This document shows positions 62,598 through 64,000 of a stretch of DNA of 64,000 bases, piece by piece. The notes under the pieces were generated by a model. The model made no database searches and was not told the DNA's origin. It saw only the letters and a program-made list of their open reading frames with translations. The DNA is taken from the sequence record OQ561750; one strand, given 5' to 3'. The first letter of the stretch is position 1. Every line of letters starts with the position of its first letter. The position numbers and the translations under genes were made by a program. The stretch is from Escherichia phage LHE83.

Positions 62598-63977
62598 ATG
62601 GCTGATGTAATTGATACCCTTTTTAAACAGGCTTTAGATGTTTACGATGATTCTTTCACTCGTCGTGACTTAAAAAGTATTATCGACAACGAAGCATTGG
62701 CTTATGCAATGTATACTGTCGAAAACCGAGCCATTCCAAATATGATTGATGGCTTTAAACCTGTACAACGTTTTGTAGTGGCTCGTTGTCTTGATATGGC
62801 TCGTGGTAATAAAGAAAAATTCCACAAACTGGCTTCTATCGCTGGTGGTGTAGCCGACCTCGGATATCACCACGGTGAAGGTTCTGCTCAGGAAGCAGGG
62901 GCTTTGATGGCTAACACATGGAACAACAACTATCCATTGTTAGACGGTCAAGGTAACTTCGGTTCTCGATTGGTTCAAAAGGCTGCAGCCTCTCGTTATA
63001 TTTTTGCTCGTATCGGAAGTAACTTTGCAAAAGTTTATAAGGACACAGAATATGCTCCGGTTCATGCGGATGTCGAACATAAGCCACCGGCTTTTTATCT
63101 GCCTATTATTCCTACTGTTCTTCTTAATGGCGTTTCCGGTATTGCAACTGGTTATGCAACTAATATTCTTCCTCATAGTTTTGATTCTGTTAAGAAAGCT
63201 GTACTGCAAGTTCTTCAGGAAAAACGAGTAACCAAACCCAAAGTGGCTTATCCTGAATTCCGTGGTGAAGTTGTTGAGATTGAACCTGGTAGTTATGAGA
63301 TTCGTGGAACGTATAAGTTCACATCCCGAACCCAAATGCATATCACGGAAATCCCATACAAATACGACCGTGAAACATATGTGGCTAAGGTATTAGACCC
63401 TCTGGAAGACAAAGGGTATATCACATATGATGATGACTGTGACGAGAACGGTTTTGGCTTCAAGGTTAAGATTCGTAAAGAATACGAATTGCCTACCGAA
63501 GAAAACAAGAAGCATGAAAAAATCATGAAGGACTTCGGGTTAATCGAACGTCGTTCACAAAACCTGACCGTCATTAATGAAAAAGGTAAACTTAAGGTTT
63601 ACGAAGATGCAGTTGAACTGATTCGTGATTTCGTTGAGGTCCGTAAGACCTTTGTACAAAAACGTATTGATGGTAAAATCATCGAAACCGAAGAAGCTTT
63701 TAAACTAGCATTGGCTAAAGCCACATTCATCAAAGATGTTATTGACGGGACTGTAGTTATCCAAGGTAAGACTCGTAAGGTTTTAACTGAGGAATTGGCT
63801 GGTAATAAAGTCTACGGCGAATACGCTGATAAACTGGTTGCAATGAACATTTTCCATATCACATCCGATGAAGCCAAGAAACTGGCCCTCGAAGCCAAGG
63901 CTAAGAAAGAAGAGCATCAATACTGGAAATCTACTGATGTGGTAACTGAGTATGTTAAAGATTTGGAGGCTCTATGA
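62598..63977 (+). CDS. 52: DNA topoisomerase II medium subunit gp52 (GyrA-like)
   Basis: 459 aa; N-terminus YAMYTVENRAIPNMIDGFKPVQRF (GyrA signature); active-site region SRYIFARI. Confidence 0.9.
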   Translation: MADVIDTLFKQALDVYDDSFTRRDLKSIIDNEALAYAMYTVENRAIPNMIDGFKPVQRFVVARCLDMARGNKEKFHKLASIAGGVADLGYHHGEGSAQEAGALMANTWNNNYPLLDGQGNFGSRLVQKAAASRYIFARIGSNFAKVYKDTEYAPVHADVEHKPPAFYLPIIPTVLLNGVSGIATGYATNILPHSFDSVKKAVLQVLQEKRVTKPKVAYPEFRGEVVEIEPGSYEIRGTYKFTSRTQMHITEIPYKYDRETYVAKVLDPLEDKGYITYDDDCDENGFGFKVKIRKEYELPTEENKKHEKIMKDFGLIERRSQNLTVINEKGKLKVYEDAVELIRDFVEVRKTFVQKRIDGKIIETEEAFKLALAKATFIKDVIDGTVVIQGKTRKVLTEELAGNKVYGEYADKLVAMNIFHITSDEAKKLALEAKAKKEEHQYWKSTDVVTEYVKDLEAL

Positions 63978-64000
63978 GCCTTGGAGTCGAGTTCTTGTTA

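Noticed and set aside
1-64000. CRISPR array, integrase, transposase or prophage boundary
   Set aside because: No direct-repeat/spacer array, no tyrosine or serine recombinase or transposase-like ORF, and gene content is that of a lytic T4-like phage throughout.

Overview
This window reads as a co-linear early/middle gene block of a lytic T4-like (Tevenvirinae) myovirus. Essentially all genes are on the + strand, which corresponds to the T4 early-transcription direction. Identifications rest on protein-level resemblance to T4 proteins recalled from memory and on synteny; no database search was run. Recognised genes, in order: internal proteins IPIII/IPII, denV, IPI, regB, tk, rI, nrdC, gene 49 (endonuclease VII), 55, 47, 46, 45, 44, 62, regA, 43 (DNA polymerase, about 903 aa and closest in my memory to the RB69-type enzyme), imm, 42, uvsX, 40, 41, dmd, sp, 61, 56, soc, two ModA/ModB-like ADP-ribosyltransferases, srd, dda, dexA, a full-length unsplit gene 39, rIIA, rIIB, an ndd-like gene, stp and 52. 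No tRNA, rRNA, CRISPR array, integrase or transposase was found. Regulation is dominated by a repeated early-promoter cassette (GTTTAC, a -10 element, CCTATCAAC, then a GAGGA-type Shine-Dalgarno), often with an inverted repeat pairing the spacer with the Shine-Dalgarno, by a few TATAAATA late promoters, and by UUCG-loop hairpin terminators. The strongest candidate for a new or poorly described system is the block at 32847-36997 between imm and uvsX. There, a fused sugar-1-phosphate nucleotidyltransferase/anomeric-kinase-like protein, a small HAD phosphatase, a P-loop kinase, a divergent gene 42 dCMP hydroxymethylase and an unrecognised protein in the T4 beta-glucosyltransferase slot are translationally coupled. 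The alpha-glucosyltransferase slot between 55 and 47 holds only small ORFs. Together this suggests a phage-encoded NDP-sugar supply feeding a non-glucose hypermodification of hydroxymethylcytosine, for example the arabinosyl-hmC type reported for RB69-like phages. Other points of interest include a macrodomain-like protein, a secreted lytic-transglycosylase-like protein, a nucleotidyltransferase/ATPase pair, a run of large unknown proteins with coiled-coil tails, a GIY-YIG homing-endonuclease-like gene, and an antisense small membrane ORF.
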